Origin: Amoebidium appalachense | Lineage: Eukaryota > Protista > Ichthyosporea | DNA: 64,000 bases | Reading direction: 5' to 3' | Assembly (NCBI GenBank): GCA_963693365.1 | Contig: CAVNZM010000005.1 | Coordinates: forward strand, 5,773,167-5,837,166 | Part shown: in pieces, positions 1-36,214 of the stretch | How the letters are laid out: each line of letters begins with the position of its first letter | Position numbering within the stretch: position 1 is the stretch's first letter | Translations under genes and position numbers: made by a program | The notes under the pieces: generated by a model | What the model was told of the DNA's origin: nothing | Databases searched by the model: none | Seen by the model: the letters and a program-made list of their open reading frames with translations, nothing else

Positions 1-246
1 ATGTAAAGTAAGAAGGAAACCCTCCAGATTCCAATGCACATGATGTAAATACGACAATACCCCTCCCCTCTCCCCCTTCCCCCGTACACACACCCCACCA
101 CACTCCATTCTTTCTCATCAAGCAGCCCAACCAACCCACCATCCACCCATCCATCCACCGGCCCACTTGCTCATCCGACCACAATGCCCACTTTACCCTC
201 TTACCCCCCCTCCCCCCCCCCCCCCCCCCCCCCCCCCCAACCAACC

Positions 247-316
<70 letters not shown>

Positions 317-355
317 CTCTATCCCTCTCTCTTTTCTCTCTTTCTCCCCCGCCCG

Positions 356-428
<73 letters not shown>

Positions 429-600
429 CGCGCGCGCACACACACACACATGCACACACACACACACACACACACCTTAACGCCCTTCCACACATAGACG
501 GTTAAGAGTGCACACACGGAAGATGTAAGATCCAAGAACACCACACATATTATGTTCTACTGCCAGGGGGAGCAAGTGTGGTTGTGTGCATGTGTGTGCG

Positions 601-631
<31 letters not shown>

Positions 632-733
632 TTGTGTGGGCGTGAGCATGTGTTTGTGTGTAAGTATGTCTGTGTGTGTATGTGTGTATGTTTGTGACGT
701 GGTTTGTGACGTGTAGGGCTGTGTGTGTGCACT

Positions 734-770
<37 letters not shown>

Positions 771-813
771 GGGGGGGGAGGGTGGGAGGGGTTTCAGCAC
801 ATGGCCATCATAC

Positions 814-1451
814 CTGGTAAAGCAGAATATCAGCCGGGGCCTCGGCATACGTTTTAGACAAATAATCGACCAATTGATCCATCTCTTTAGTTCTAAAAGT
901 TTTACCAATAAAGCCCAATATGGAAAAGTCTAGCATGTACCATCCCCTTCCCTGGGTTTCCAGCCGGCCGATTACCCGACGGATGGTCTTTGTGTAGCCC
1001 GGGATGGTGATCACGTCATCTTCAAGCTGTGGGGTATTAAGGATATCGGGTTATTTTCGGTTTTTTGCTATAGCCAATTATGGAGTATTCACTTGATCCC
1101 CCCCTCCCCCCCTCCCCCCCCCCTCCCCCTCCCCCTCCCACACGCACACACACACGTGGGCGGTTGAATGCACAGCGACAGTTACATAAACGGGCAAGGA
1201 TAGCACTAGCCCCCCCGACCTCATCCTCCCATTTTCTATTGCGTTCTAACCCTTCCCCTTCCCCTCCCCTCCCCTCCCCCCACCCCCCCCCCCACCCCCC
1301 CCCCTCCCCCCTCCCTTGGGTGCACCCACAGACCTGCAATTACCACTGTGTAAATGAGTATGTGCCTAAGCGTGTGCCTGTGTGTGTGCGCATGCGCGCT
1401 TGAGTGCTTGTGCGAATGTGTTTGAATGTGTCTGTGCATGTGTGTGTGTGT

Positions 1452-1550
<99 letters not shown>

Positions 1551-1565
1551 TGTACGTGTACGTGT

Positions 1566-1631
<66 letters not shown>

Positions 1632-2182
1632 ATGTTCGAGTGTATATGCGTAAAGCTATGTAGATGTGTTTGTGTGCTTGCGGAAGGGGAACGTAAAGGG
1701 GGAGCAGGGGGGAGGGGGTGGGGGTTGAGTGGGGGGAGGGAGGGGATGGGGGGCACTGTCTCACCTGCATGTAGTGAGTTGCTTTTGGCCTGCAATATGC
1801 CATTAGCAGCGCATAATCAAGTGACTGTTTTTGGCGTTTAAAGGCCTTTTCTGATTGGCTCCCGTAGTTTTCACCGTGCATTCCATCCATAGGTGGGTAG
1901 AAGTGGGGGGTGGGGCCCTGACTACTTCCATGAGCCCGTCGGAGACTTCAGAGCTGTAGTTGGTATGCAGCTGTGTTTGTGTTTGTGTGTATGGGAAGGG
2001 GGGGGGGGGGGGGGAAGGGGGTTGCATGTGTGTGTTTGGGGGGGCGAGAGAGGCAGGGGGGGGGGGGGGGGGGGGGGAGGGGGGCCATGTCTGTGGGGGG
2101 GTAGGGAGGGTGCATGTGTGTGTGTGGGGGGAGGGGAGGAGGGGCGGTCGCCGTGTGAGTGTGAGTGAGTGAGTGAGTGAGT

Positions 2183-2220
<38 letters not shown>

Positions 2221-2331
2221 ATGTGTGTGTGTGTGTGTGTGTGTGTGCATGTGTGCGTGTGTGTGTGTGTGTGTGTGGTTGCCGTGTGAGTGTGAGTGAG
2301 TGAGTGAGTGAGTGAGTGAGTGAGTGAGTGA

Positions 2332-2379
<48 letters not shown>

Positions 2380-2971
2380 CAGAAAGGGAGCAAGGATGTG
2401 TGTGTGTGCATGTTTTTTTTTTTTTTTTTTTTTTTTTTTGGGGGGGGGGGGGGGAGGGTTAGAATATGTTAGCCACACCACTGTGAAGTACAAAACTTGA
2501 GCTTCGACATGCGTATGCCTTTACACGGTCTAGGGAGCAAAGATGGAAAGCATGTGCACTCTTTGCGGCAGCTGGGCGGAAGGTGCATGGGTGGGCACCC
2601 GTGAAGGGGGAGGGGGGAGGGGGGAGAAGGGTGGACATGGGGGAGAAGGGGCAGCATATATGGATGTGTCTCGTATGTACACGTGGGTCTGTGTATCAGA
2701 GCACATGCATGTCTGATATCTTTGCGTGTGCGTGCTTGTGTGTCTGTGCGTGTGTGTGTGTTGGGGGGGGGGGGGGGGGGGGAGGGGGGGGTAATGTGTG
2801 TTAATCCCATGTTTGGTTCTGCGGGCTAACGGTGGGAGCCCGCAGGGGAAGACGCAGGGGCGGGAGGGCAAGATGGAGAATGAGGAGCTGTTCGAGAAGG
2901 AGGGGGGGGGAGGGGGGGAAGGGGGGGAAGAGAAAAGGGAAAGAGGAGAGATATTGGGACATATATTTTGT

Positions 2972-3026
<55 letters not shown>

Positions 3027-3037
3027 GTGTGTGTGTG

Positions 3038-3103
<66 letters not shown>

Positions 3104-3375
3104 CTGGAAAAATGCCAATAAAAGCAGAAACACACATATTGGGTAAAATATCAAGGAGCTATATGACTGACCTACCTCTTTAACTGTTTGATCGGCGATC
3201 GTGGTATTTAGATCAGCCACATAGACAACCAATAGAAAGTCTTTCCTGTCATCCTCATGCATATTCGACAGAAGTGATTGGAGGGTGGTTGAAACATAGT
3301 GCCCCTGGGGCCTTGCCATCGTAGGAACCCCGATTACCATGTATTTGCCTGTGTACATGTGAGGTGTGTGTGTGC

Positions 3376-3407
<32 letters not shown>

Positions 3408-4369
3408 CTATGGGGGGGGGGGGGGGGGAGGGGGGGGAGGGGGGAGGGGGGTTAGGAGGGTAGGGGAGGGAGGAGGGAGGGGAAGGACGGTGTGGGGGGG
3501 GGGAGGGGGGGAGAATGGTTGTGTTAGTGCAAGATCGTGTGCGCTGTGAGTGTGTGCATGTGTGCATCTGCGTGTGCGTGTGTTTATGTGTGTGTACGAT
3601 TTCGAATGCATATGCAAGTGTGCCTCCTTTTGTGCGTGTGTACCTGCACATGTCTGTCCGTACGTGCATGCCCGAACCCGTATTGGCTGTGTAGGGGCAT
3701 CATCATACGTGTGCACAGTTGCAGAGGGGTACTGGTAAAGGCACCGGGGGGGGGGGGGGGGGGGGGGGGAGGGGGGCGGAGAGGAAAGAAGAACGGGCGG
3801 ATGAGGTGGCCAAAGAGGGAGGTCCGGGGGGGGGGGGGGGGGGGGGGGGAGGAGGGGGGAGGGGGGGTGCAGGTCAAAGGAAAACGATGCTAATCCTATA
3901 GCCATATGAGCAAAAACGAGAAAGGGGGTGGTTGCATTTTTGGCTTGTGATAAACGTAGAGAGAGTGAAAGGGGGGGGGGGGGGGGGGAGAGGGGGGAGA
4001 GGAAATCCATACACGTACACAAACATTCGCACACATAAACAAACACACGGAAATGCATGCACACACGCAAACATACGCACGTGTGCACACAGACACACAC
4101 GTGTACACCCCCCACGCAGAAACTGACGCCTACAACCACCAATACCCAGCCTCCCTCCCCTGCTCCCCCACACACCCACACCCACACCTACCCACCTACA
4201 CCCAACCACACACACGCACACCCACTCACTCACCCACCTTCTCACACAAACACACACACATCCTCCCCCCCGCCCCCCCTCACCCACACCCACACCCACA
4301 CCTACCCACGCACCCACACCCACCCACTCACCCACCTACTCACACAAACCACACCCGTCCCTTCCCCCC

Positions 4370-4410
<41 letters not shown>

Positions 4411-4531
4411 AAAAAAAAAAAAAACCTCCCACCCACCCACCTACCTACCTACCCACACATCCCCTCCCACCTTCCCACACCCACCCACCCACCCTGCCCA
4501 TCCCCACATCTCCCCCCCCCTCCCCCTCCCC

Positions 4532-4562
<31 letters not shown>

Positions 4563-5047
4563 ACACACCTGACACAGCAGGGTGTTTCCTCGACTCCTTC
4601 ACCGACTTGATTGCTGTGTGTGGCCAGTACTGTTTCCTCGAATGAGGCACAGCCGTGAACCCACTTAGCCCCAACGCACCTGCACACAAAGCCAAAAGAA
4701 AAAAGAAAAAAGTTAATTTTTTCAAAAATTATTGAATATCCCTGTTGGCGAGAGAGACCACACACAGAGCGGTTACTTCTCGTTTCATCCGCTTTCTTGT
4801 TTCCTCCTCCCCACCGCGACACCCTTTCCCCCTGCCTCCCTTTCCCCTCCTCCCCCCCCCTTCCCTTTTTGTGGTTATTGTTGCCTCTCCCCGTCCAATC
4901 CCCTCCCCTCCCGCCCCCCACCCCACCTACACACCCACCCACCCATGGCGGCCTGCTACCTTCTTTTTGTGGTTGTTTTACACAGGCAGCGTGGGGTGGG
5001 GGGTGGGGAAGGGGGGAGGCGTGGTGGGGGCGGGTGGGTGGGTGGGT

Positions 5048-5091
<44 letters not shown>

Positions 5092-5354
5092 TGGGAGCTG
5101 CACAAGCCCTCCACTCACATAAAGAGAAACTACAATATTTACGCAAATATTAAAGAAAACCACATACCTGCGAGGATGAAATAAGCCAAAAATAGGACCA
5201 CAAGGCAGCACACCACCGCCACCGTTGGTGTTTTCTGTGAGCGTGCGCGGAGTGATAGTCTCTGTCTGTATCTCCGGAACGCACCCACAACGGCAGGGAG
5301 GGTCCGTTCTAGCATGGTGTAGTCCTGTGTGTGTTGAATGTCAGGGTGTGGCAT
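814..5354 (-). CDS. MGAT4: MGAT4-family (GT54) alpha-1,3-mannosyl-glycoprotein beta-1,4-N-acetylglucosaminyltransferase, multi-exon, 3' end beyond the left edge of the window
   Basis: GT-AG exons 5354-5168 (type II anchor [19 protein letters not shown]; alternative ATG at 5315), 4679-4569, 3348-3176 ([23 protein letters not shown]), 1970-1765 (GLMEVV...HFYP...[13 protein letters not shown]) and 1026-814 ([21 protein letters not shown]). These match hallmark GT54 motifs. Exon 1970-1765 is 206 nt and needs one extra base in the G6 run at 1905-1910. Confidence 0.88.
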
Positions 5355-5586
5355 AAACTGTCTCGTTCGGTTTGGTGGGTTTCATTTTCTGTGTTGTTCA
5401 GTTGCCGGCTGGTATGTGAAGGTTTGTTCCCTTATTTTTTCCTTTTGTTTATCTGTTTACCCCAGACTCCCAGGAGCAATTGGCGAAGGGGGGAGGGAGG
5501 AGGAGGGGGACGGGGGGGTTGAAGAATGGAGATAATAGGTCGCCACGGGAGGGATGTAGGGAAGAGGGAGGAGATAGGGACTCCCG

Positions 5587-5618
<32 letters not shown>

Positions 5619-6199
5619 GGGGGGGGGGGGGGGGAAGAAGGGGGCAAAAGGGAAAAATGCTAAAGCCGAGAATAGGGAGTAGAGGAAAAGTGAGCAGCGA
5701 GTGTGTGTGTTTGCGGTGGTGTTGGGGGCAGGGGGAGGGGGGGGGGGGGGGGAGTGGACTGGAAGAGCCTTGGCTAGGCAAACTTAGTGACCAAGTTGGA
5801 TTGGTGAGAAAATGTGTGCCCTGAACTAGAGTCATATATTTCTGAGTTCATCCTGGTGCACGAACTCTGTAGAGGCGGAGAAGCCTTATGAGCTATTCAT
5901 GAAAAGTGATGATAGTCTGCGAGGGGGTGTATGGAGTCGCAAAAGGAAAGAGAGACGAAATACATCAGGTCAATAGAGGAATTGAAGAAGACAATTAGGT
6001 GGGGAGGGGAAGGAAGGGGGGGGGGGGGGGAGGAGGAGGGGGGGGGGGGGGGAGGAGGAGGAGGGACGATGGGAGGCATGAGACCGCACAACCAGAAGAG
6101 CACAACTCCTGCCGTTAAAATGGGAGATGCGGTGGTTGGTTTAAGCTCTTAACGGCAGGAGAAGCGAGTGCACACAGGGGTATTTACAAAGGTAGTTGA

Positions 6200-6300
6200 C
6201 AACTTACCTCTGAAGTCATTTTTTCAATCAAACATGTCACCAAAATTTGCACAGAGCCGTTCTATTTTGCCGCCCAAAACCCTCAGAGGAGGAGCCCCAG
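6200..6300 (-). other. Probable non-coding 5' UTR exon of the MGAT4 gene
   Basis: Canonical donor AG|GTAAGT at about 6206 on the minus strand and an acceptor GAGACAG| at about 5358, just before the ATG at 5354. The intervening DNA has the same G-tract composition as other introns. The upstream boundary is a guess. Confidence 0.4.
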
Positions 6301-7995
6301 ATATACGTCTATCGTGATGTACTGGAAATGCTTATCAGGCCTAGATGCGTGTCCTGTACCTTGTTTCGATTCTGTAACATGTCAATATGGAAACTCTAAT
6401 TGGCGCAAAAACGCGCATAAAACACAGCTTCTCGGGTCTGCAGCAGGAACTTTGCCAGAGCTATCCCGAGGGTTAGCCCAACAAGAAGGAGTAGTACTAG
6501 GGCTCGAGAGCAAAAGGCTGGGGGCGCCGCGCGCACGATGGGTGTCGGGCTTCCTTGATGGGGACTTTGAATGTTGAAACACCGTGTTACGTGAATAACA
6601 AAGTGCCTTTTCTTTCTTTTTTCTTTTTTCTTTTCTTTTCTTTTTTTTTTTTTTGTCTGCTTGTTTCCTCCAGGTTCAAAAAGGCTGACGCAGGAGATAT
6701 TAGTGTTTTCGAAATTAATTTGTACGAGAGTTAATTATCGACGGCAAACGGCAGGAAGCGTGGCCAGAGGGAAAAAAAATAAGAACGGAACAGAGTGTAA
6801 CCGGCAAACGCGAATGAAAAAAATTCTTGTTCTCTCACTCGTAGTTCAACGTATGCCACCCGAAACTCAAATGTCTGAAAAACGCATATGCATGCTGCTT
6901 CGTTTTCGTTGACAAAACATGATTGAACATATGCATTGATGAGGATCGATGAGTCGTAGTGATGCGAGTTCATCCAATCATGTGCGTTTGACTTATCTCA
7001 TGGCATCTAAAGACTAAGTCTAGGCTGTGATCCAATCAGAATCAAGCTCTGCACAAAACCTAACGGCTTGGCCAATAACATCAACGATACTATTGAATTT
7101 GCCGGTGTACGTGACAGTAGGCTACGTCACTACGGGGGTACGTCACTACAGAACATATTGTACAAGTGTACGTGCGCGTGTCTCTGTTTATGTTCCTCCT
7201 AAGTTGTGTATTATAATAATGTTGTATTGTAGTTGCATTAATTTAACAATCAACGTTCAATGGAGTGTGCTTATACAGCTGGTTATGTGTCTGTGGGTGT
7301 AGGCGTGTGAACATGTGTGGTCGAGCACACGTGTGCACTGTACAGTGTGCAGTTTTGTGTAAGTGACGGTGACGTGGCAACCAGGCTGTACAACTTCGCA
7401 TCCCGATATTTGAGCAGTGCCACGGTGTGGGTCTGTGTGCGTGTGAGGGAGAGTATGGAGAGGGGGAGGGGGGGGGGAGAGGGGGTGGAATGGAGGGGGG
7501 CGGGGGGGGGGAGGGGGGGTTGTGAAGAGGCGTGCCACGGAGTGCGTGTGCATGCTGTGTGCTTGTAATTTTCCGTGATCGAAGCCACGCTGGGTTTGTC
7601 CGACGGGTGTGTTTGCAATTGACTTTGCCGCCCACAATTATGTAGCACACCCGTACTTGTAACGTCACTCAGCGCGCAAACGTGCGTCTGTACGGGCATG
7701 TAACACCCCATATCGCTTTACAATCTATTCCTTTTGTCCAGTTTGTTCACCTGGGCTGGAACGTGGAACTAGTGTGTGTACCTTTTAGATGCACGGTGTT
7801 CGAACTGGGCGTAGCCGCCTATAAGGTAACACGATGAGGAGGCAGGCACAGTGGGAGAGAAAAAAGAATGGATAAGCAAGTGAGAAAGAGTGGACGAACT
7901 GGGCAGGGAGTCTCCGAGGGGGCAGAGAGGCACGAGTGAGAGAGAGAATGGCATTGGAGAACGGGGAAGAGGATGGGGGGGTGGGGCCGGGAGGG

Positions 7996-8043
<48 letters not shown>

Positions 8044-8048
8044 CACGT

Positions 8049-8096
<48 letters not shown>

Positions 8097-8345
8097 AGGG
8101 AGGGAGGGGGAGAGAGAGAACTACGTATATATATTTTTTTGCTATGCTATTGAACAAAAAGGTCAACCCAAATTGCGTGGAGCACTAATGTTAATAGGAG
8201 GGAAGAAGAAGGGTGCACCACAAGTTGCCGCTCTCGAATATTAGTGGAGAGGATCTCTAGTGGAGTGGAAGGAAAAGGCTCTTTTTGTGTAGCTCATAGG
8301 TAGGCCCATTAATGCATACAAAGAGACTGATGGGACTACCACTAT

Positions 8346-8379
<34 letters not shown>

Positions 8380-9220
8380 GTCCCCTACCTTTTTCCCCAC
8401 GGGGCCCTTCCCTGCCAACACACTAGCCAACTCGACGATCATTGGTTACCTAACCCCCGATCATTTTTATCTCCTCTCTCCCTCCCCATTCCCGTAGCCC
8501 CTCCCTCCCCACCAATCCCATCCCACCAGCAGGCCCCAAAAAAATCAACCTTGTAAGGACCCGTGACCCTGAAACTTTCATGCTAATAGTCCTTTGCAGC
8601 CTGTTTTTGATTCAACCCTATGTAAGCGAACACTGCTGTAAACTCGTGTACAGAACTGGCCTTGATGGCAAATATGAGCACGCACATACGCACCTCGTAT
8701 ATATATTCCACAGCCTTCCCTCAACCCCCAACCTACCCACCCCCTCTCCCTTTTTCCCCTCATAACGACACATAAAGTACAGAAAAGACTAACAAAAAGA
8801 TAAACATGTTCTTTTGTGAACGTTTGTAAACACACGTGTTTCTGGCTCCATGCAACTTACAGGCCCTTCAAAAAACCACGGCACCCGAGACCGCCTTGGT
8901 GGTCTTACATCCAGAAATGATTCCTTGATGTTCCAGAGGAAGAAAGCTTGTAACCGTCGAGTGAAAGGCAATGGTGCTTGTATTGAACCACAACAAAAAC
9001 CATGTACACAGATCAGAGGGCGAGAAAAGGGAAAATCCTGTCACCAGGGGACCCCAAACACAGGAAGTTTTCCCGAGTAGCCTTTCATTGGAAGGACAGA
9101 AACTGATCACGCTTATTTTCTTGTCGTGTAACACATATCGTTTTGGCTTTACGTGTTGGCTTTATTAGAATGTGGTCGCTCCTTATTCCAATCCTATGTT
9201 CCTTGTGTGAAACCCGTTAT

Positions 9221-9256
9221 GGGGTTTACGCTGTTTACTCGAGGCAAAGTGAGACC
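9221..9256 (+). repeat. Dispersed 36-bp repeat, inverted copy at 39919-39954
   Basis: ggggtttacgctgtttactcgaggcaaagtgagacc versus the reverse complement of 39919-39954: 35 of 36 identical. Confidence 0.85.
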
Positions 9257-9892
9257 GGATATCAACTGTTATCAAGCACCTTCCATATTTGGAACGCACC
9301 ACCGGCTATCTGCGCTTGTTGCTGGTGCTTTCTGAACAAATAATGTTCATTATACAAAATGTAAAAGACTAATTATTTTCAACGATTGGTGGAAAATGGA
9401 ATACTATAGTTATACAATCAGCCATCATTTGTACGGCAGCTACGAATCACCCAGCCTTCTTGCATCATCCGCCTCAGCTGTGGCGCACTCTGGCGCAGGA
9501 TCCCCGCTTTGAAACTTCCAAGAAAGTCACAGTGTCTCTGACTGATGAGTAAAAATCAGCAACCAAAAAACTTGTAAGAAGAAAATACCACACTGATAAA
9601 ATTGTTAGGTAATACTGTTTTGTCTGTAGCTCATTCTTAGTGCCGGAGAAGGTTTTTTACAGGGACCTCTGCGAGCAGGCAGCCAACCACTACTTTTGTC
9701 AAAGCTGCTTCGTTCCTCCATTCGCCGTCACTGTCTTCCTTAGAGAATCCCGGACTTCACACATAATCGGTAGGTTTTCACGTAACAACCAAGCTGTCTT
9801 GAGCAAAATTTTGTAAACCTGGCATCAATTCTTACTAACTCTAGTATTCAAAAGTTGGAAGCAGCCCATTTTGGCGAGACAGAAATCGCAAA

Positions 9893-22445
<12,553 letters not shown>

Positions 22446-23195
22446 CCGGTTGTCAGAGTTCGACGTTCTTCAAGTTAGCTTTGGCTAAACGTTTTTTTTT
22501 TTTTTATCTCTTGTGTGTTGATAGATGATACCTACAAATGATATACTGTTCTTAGTAATTTTCAAATGATGCCCTTATGTGTCCATGCACGTTAATTGGA
22601 CGGTGTGGGCAAGTTTGAAGGCGTGACTTCCCTTTCTATCCGGATGCAGTTAGCATAACTTGAAGATTCAGATTGAAATTTTGGTAGATATGCAATTCTC
22701 CAAGATATCGCATATCCAATAGATTTTACAATATTGTTTTAAAAATTAACTAGCTAACAGCAACCAATAGTGTGGAGTGATAAACTGTAGGGAGGTTTCA
22801 GGCCGCTGAAACATCCCTTGGTAACGCATCACACACAACTTCGAGTGTGGACGTATGCAAAGTTGATTTGTATGACAAGAGTTATCTGTTTCCGTTGTAA
22901 CAACAAACAGACAGATGATATTTCGTTGACGTTGAACTTGTTCGGCACTTTCTCTATAGGCATTTTTTGTTTGCTTGTTTTCTCTCGTTTTTCTGTGTGT
23001 GTGTGTGGATTCGGTAGCTTTCACGTTTGCAATTCATTCTTCTTCCAACTGTAACCTTCTCAGGGCCGCACCCATTATTTGTACATTTTCCGTTTTCCCC
23101 ATCTATCAATGTGTTTTGTGTATTTGTTTGGTTTATGGGTGTGTTTTCTTTCTTTCTCTCTTTCTTTTCTTTTTTCTTTTTTCTTTTTTTTTTTT

Positions 23196-23239
<44 letters not shown>

Positions 23240-23449
23240 AGCATACATGGGGTAAACAGATAACATCAATGGTGTATGTATGTCCAGGACCTCATACAGG
23301 TGTTGCTCACACCGTGTGAAAGCCTAATAATAAATTAACATGGCAACTACAAACAATATCACAGTACTAATCGTGTTTCTTGTCCCGGTCCCTCGGACGT
23401 GTGTGTGTGCGTGCATGAGTGTGGGAGAGTGTCTGTAAATGTATGTGGT

Positions 23450-23507
<58 letters not shown>

Positions 23508-23520
23508 ACACGCACACACC

Positions 23521-23558
<38 letters not shown>

Positions 23559-24176
23559 TGCACAAACACATGCACACACATACACACACACACACACGTG
23601 AACACCATCACTCTTACTCGCAGCGAAGCACTTGCCTATTTTAGTCAGAACAGTATACTTTCTGCTGAATAATTATCCGCTTTGTAAAGTGAATCTACCC
23701 AAAGCCGATTAGTTCTGTTTCGTCCACCTTACTTCAGCTCGATGCATGTTTATTCGGCTGTTGTGAATGGGCCATTTTACTAATAAAATAATGATTGCTT
23801 CAGTCAAAGTGCCCTGGGGGAACTACATTGGTAATGCGTTTGATCATAGCCCATTGCCGTCTGACCAAAGCTCGTGTACGGTTAAAATCATCGGGTGTTG
23901 TTACTGAGTTTCGATATACCACGATTCAAAGGATGTGCCCCCCCACCCCCCCACCTCCCCCCCTTACAAAAAAAAAAAATACATACTGCGCACTAACTTA
24001 ATAACAAGAGTATCATTCGAATACAACATACATTAATGATATGAGTGTACGAGAATTCATTAGTCTGCCAAACACAACTGTATGCATATACATTGTAGGA
24101 CTGTATGCATATACATTGAAAAATCTACTGCACGCCGCTGATGATTTGCACCTTAATTAATGCACCATGCTAATCC

Positions 24177-33327
<9,151 letters not shown>

Positions 33328-33717
33328 CTGTGTGTGCAAACGATGAGCACGTGTGCATGTGTATGTACATTTGGGTGTTTGCAGACTCTTCTGGTGTGCC
33401 GGAATATTAATATTCACGGTCATGGATGTGTGACATTGTGTCTTACCGACTTATAAGCATTGTTTTTTTAAAAAAAAACACGGTGTATGTGAGTAGTGGG
33501 TGTGTATGGGTGTGGATTTTGTATGTTGGCCACCATGTGTGTGTGTGTGCGTTGTGTGTGTGCGTGTGCGTGCATGGTCCATGTGTGTACACGTCTCTGA
33601 CTCACTGTCTCGCTCTCTCTCTCTTAGAGTTTCTCTTTCTTTCCCTGTCTCTCTCAGAGCCTCTCTCTCTCTCTTTTTCTCTCCCCCTCTCTCTGCCTCT
33701 CCCCCCCCCCCCCCCTC

Positions 33718-33761
<44 letters not shown>

Positions 33762-33770
33762 CCCTCTCTC

Positions 33771-33843
<73 letters not shown>

Positions 33844-33995
33844 CTCTCCCCCCTCTCTGTATGTGTGTATTTGGGTGTGTGTATCACTGTGTGTGTGCGT
33901 GCGTGTCACGTGTGTGCATGTGTGCATGTGTGTTACGGTGTACATGAGTGTGTGTGGTACATAAAATGTGTGTGTGTGTGTGTGTGTCTGTGTGT

Positions 33996-34124
<129 letters not shown>

Positions 34125-34511
34125 AAGTGCGTAGTCCTATTGCAGCTGCAGCAGTTTCCCTATGTAACTGTCAGTTACTCCTCCGATCAACCCGAGCACT
34201 CACCTACGAGCAAACAGCTAGAGTTCAGTACACTATATCATGATTCATGAAGCGAGAGCCAGAGAGCATACAACTGCGGTACCTTCCTTTTAAACAACGG
34301 TAACCAGTATTATTATTGTGATGTAATTCAAAAGACTCAAACGACTAGAAGCCCACACAGCCATGCAATTATACACGCACAAGGTAATAATAAGCACCCA
34401 GACGTATGCTTCGTGCTGAACGTTGCTACAAATGAGTGCTATAGAATGTGCGTGTGCGCGTGTGTGCACATGTGTTCTTGTGTACCAAGTTGTGTGTACG
34501 TGTGTGTGTGT

Positions 34512-34608
34512 TTTTTTTTAATTTTATCACGTTTTGTTCCCGGAGGGCCTTTTCAGGCCCTCTAGGGAAACTACCGTCTACCACACAGCACCGACAGTAC
34601 ATTGGACA
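34512..34608 (-). mobile_element. Second, shorter copy of the same retroposon 3' end
   Basis: ttttatcacgttttgttcccggagggcc...ggccctctagggaaactaccgtctaccacacagcaccgacagtac aligns over about 80 bp with 29963-30042. Possible short TSD gtgtgttt. Confidence 0.7.
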
Positions 34609-34690
34609 GTGTGTTTGAGTAGGTGAGTGTGTGTGTGTGTGAAGTGTGTGTGCGCGCGCGCGTGTGTGTGCATGCGTGCGTGAACATGTG

Positions 34691-34728
<38 letters not shown>

Positions 34729-35036
34729 CGTGTGTGTGTGTCTATGAGTGTGTGCGTGCGTGCGCGCGCGCGCGTGTTTATGGCACGGTACGTGCATGCG
34801 TATACGTGGCTGTGTGAAGCTGTACGTGTGTGTGACCGCCATGTTACCGATCTCATGAGTGGGTATGTGTGGCAGGGGATGATAGAATGGACGCCCCTGC
34901 CACAAAGTGAACTGCGCATGCCGTATAGTACCGTATGCATGCACACACTATATATATGGTACAAACAAGAGCAGTAATTTTAATAACTTCACGTGTTATG
35001 TATAATGCAGGGATTTTGGTGCCATATGCACGAACC

Positions 35037-35865
35037 TGTTCTTGCCCCCAGAGCCGGACATAAGCTCGCTCCCAGGAGCACGACAAGTGGAAACATCCCA
35101 CAAGTGCTCGGAGCCATCCTCAGTCTGAATATATATCACCCCTGACAAATGTCTGTGTACGTCCCAATAAGAAGGTGTGTCAAAAATACGATGTAAACTA
35201 GGTGGATAAAATTTTGCGTGTAAACTGTTGCTTATCGTTGCGCAGTAGAAGTCAGAAACTCCCCTCTTACATGTAACATCGATGGGGCCACACATGCATG
35301 CATACCCTGGCAGTCCGAATATTCGAATCTTGAATATTCAACGTTAACCAAACACATGAGCCCGAGATCGATCACGCTTAATGTCCTACCTATGTATGGC
35401 AAAAGCAAAAGTTCGTACTATCATGCACATCTCTACAAATTATGGAAATAAAAAACGCTGTGTCAGGTGTTTAAGGGTACTTAGTCAATGCATTTGTATG
35501 CAGGTGAATTTGCGCATGCGGGCAGGCGGCTAGTGAGCCTGCCCCCCGGGGGACAAAAAGTGCATTCTAGATCTGAAAGCTCCAAGTAGCACTGATTGGT
35601 TCCAATTGCATCATCGTCATCTCATCTAACATTCTGATTGGTTACCACTGCAACAAATCTGGTGCCAAAAAGGTCCGGCCCGAAAAGTTTGGCAAGGCAA
35701 AGCCAAAAACAGGCTTTGAAGCCGCCCGCTATGTAGAACCCGCTGCTCCGCTTGCCATATTTGTGGGTGCCTTCAAGTGAGGGTACAAATTTGAGCGAAT
35801 TTTCCGGCAACTTCTGCACTATGGGGTAGGCTCTAGCGGTCCATTACTATACTTGTGGTATACCT
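35037..35865 (-). pseudogene. Possible degraded upstream exons of the surface-protein gene
   Basis: 35306-35037 is open, Cys-containing and bounded by cag| and |gttcgt. 35865-35480 reads as a Cys-rich peptide interrupted by in-frame TAG, TAA and TGA. No recognisable domain. Confidence 0.3.
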
Positions 35866-36214
35866 ACACGGCCCGGGACACTCGACGATAAAATCAGCTA
35901 CATATACAACAACAGACAAACAACCACACGTTTACAGTGATTTGCGAAACACAGTTTAAAACCCACCACGAATTCAACTCTACATTGGTCGACACATCCA
36001 CACACCCCGGTTATGCGAAAGACCGAGGCATTATTTTACTTGCCGCGCCACACGTGAGAGTGAAGTGCAAACCGGTAGCAAAAACGGAATTCTCGGTTTC
36101 TATAGATAGAGTTTCTTTCTAATGTTTTTACTTTTGTGTATTACCCACCATATATGTCGGTTGCCGAATTGACTCACGAGTTGTCACAGTTACCAATGTC
36201 CACTGCTATTTTAG

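Noticed and set aside
476-556. Possible next MGAT4 exon ([27 protein letters not shown]) bounded by AG and GT
   Set aside because: It is open and in phase but shows no resemblance to the expected GT54 continuation (PSLFQH). Left unannotated.
8225-8262. Possible Helitron 3' end (short hairpin then CTAG)
   Set aside because: The stem is only about 5 bp, and no 5' end or second copy is visible.
9541-9570. CTGATGA hammerhead-ribozyme-like core
   Set aside because: No stem II followed by GAAA, and no flanking pairing.
35480-35865. Stop-codon reassignment or readthrough suggested by in-frame TAG/TAA/TGA
   Set aside because: None of the conserved genes in the window contains internal stops, so decay or chance is the simpler explanation.
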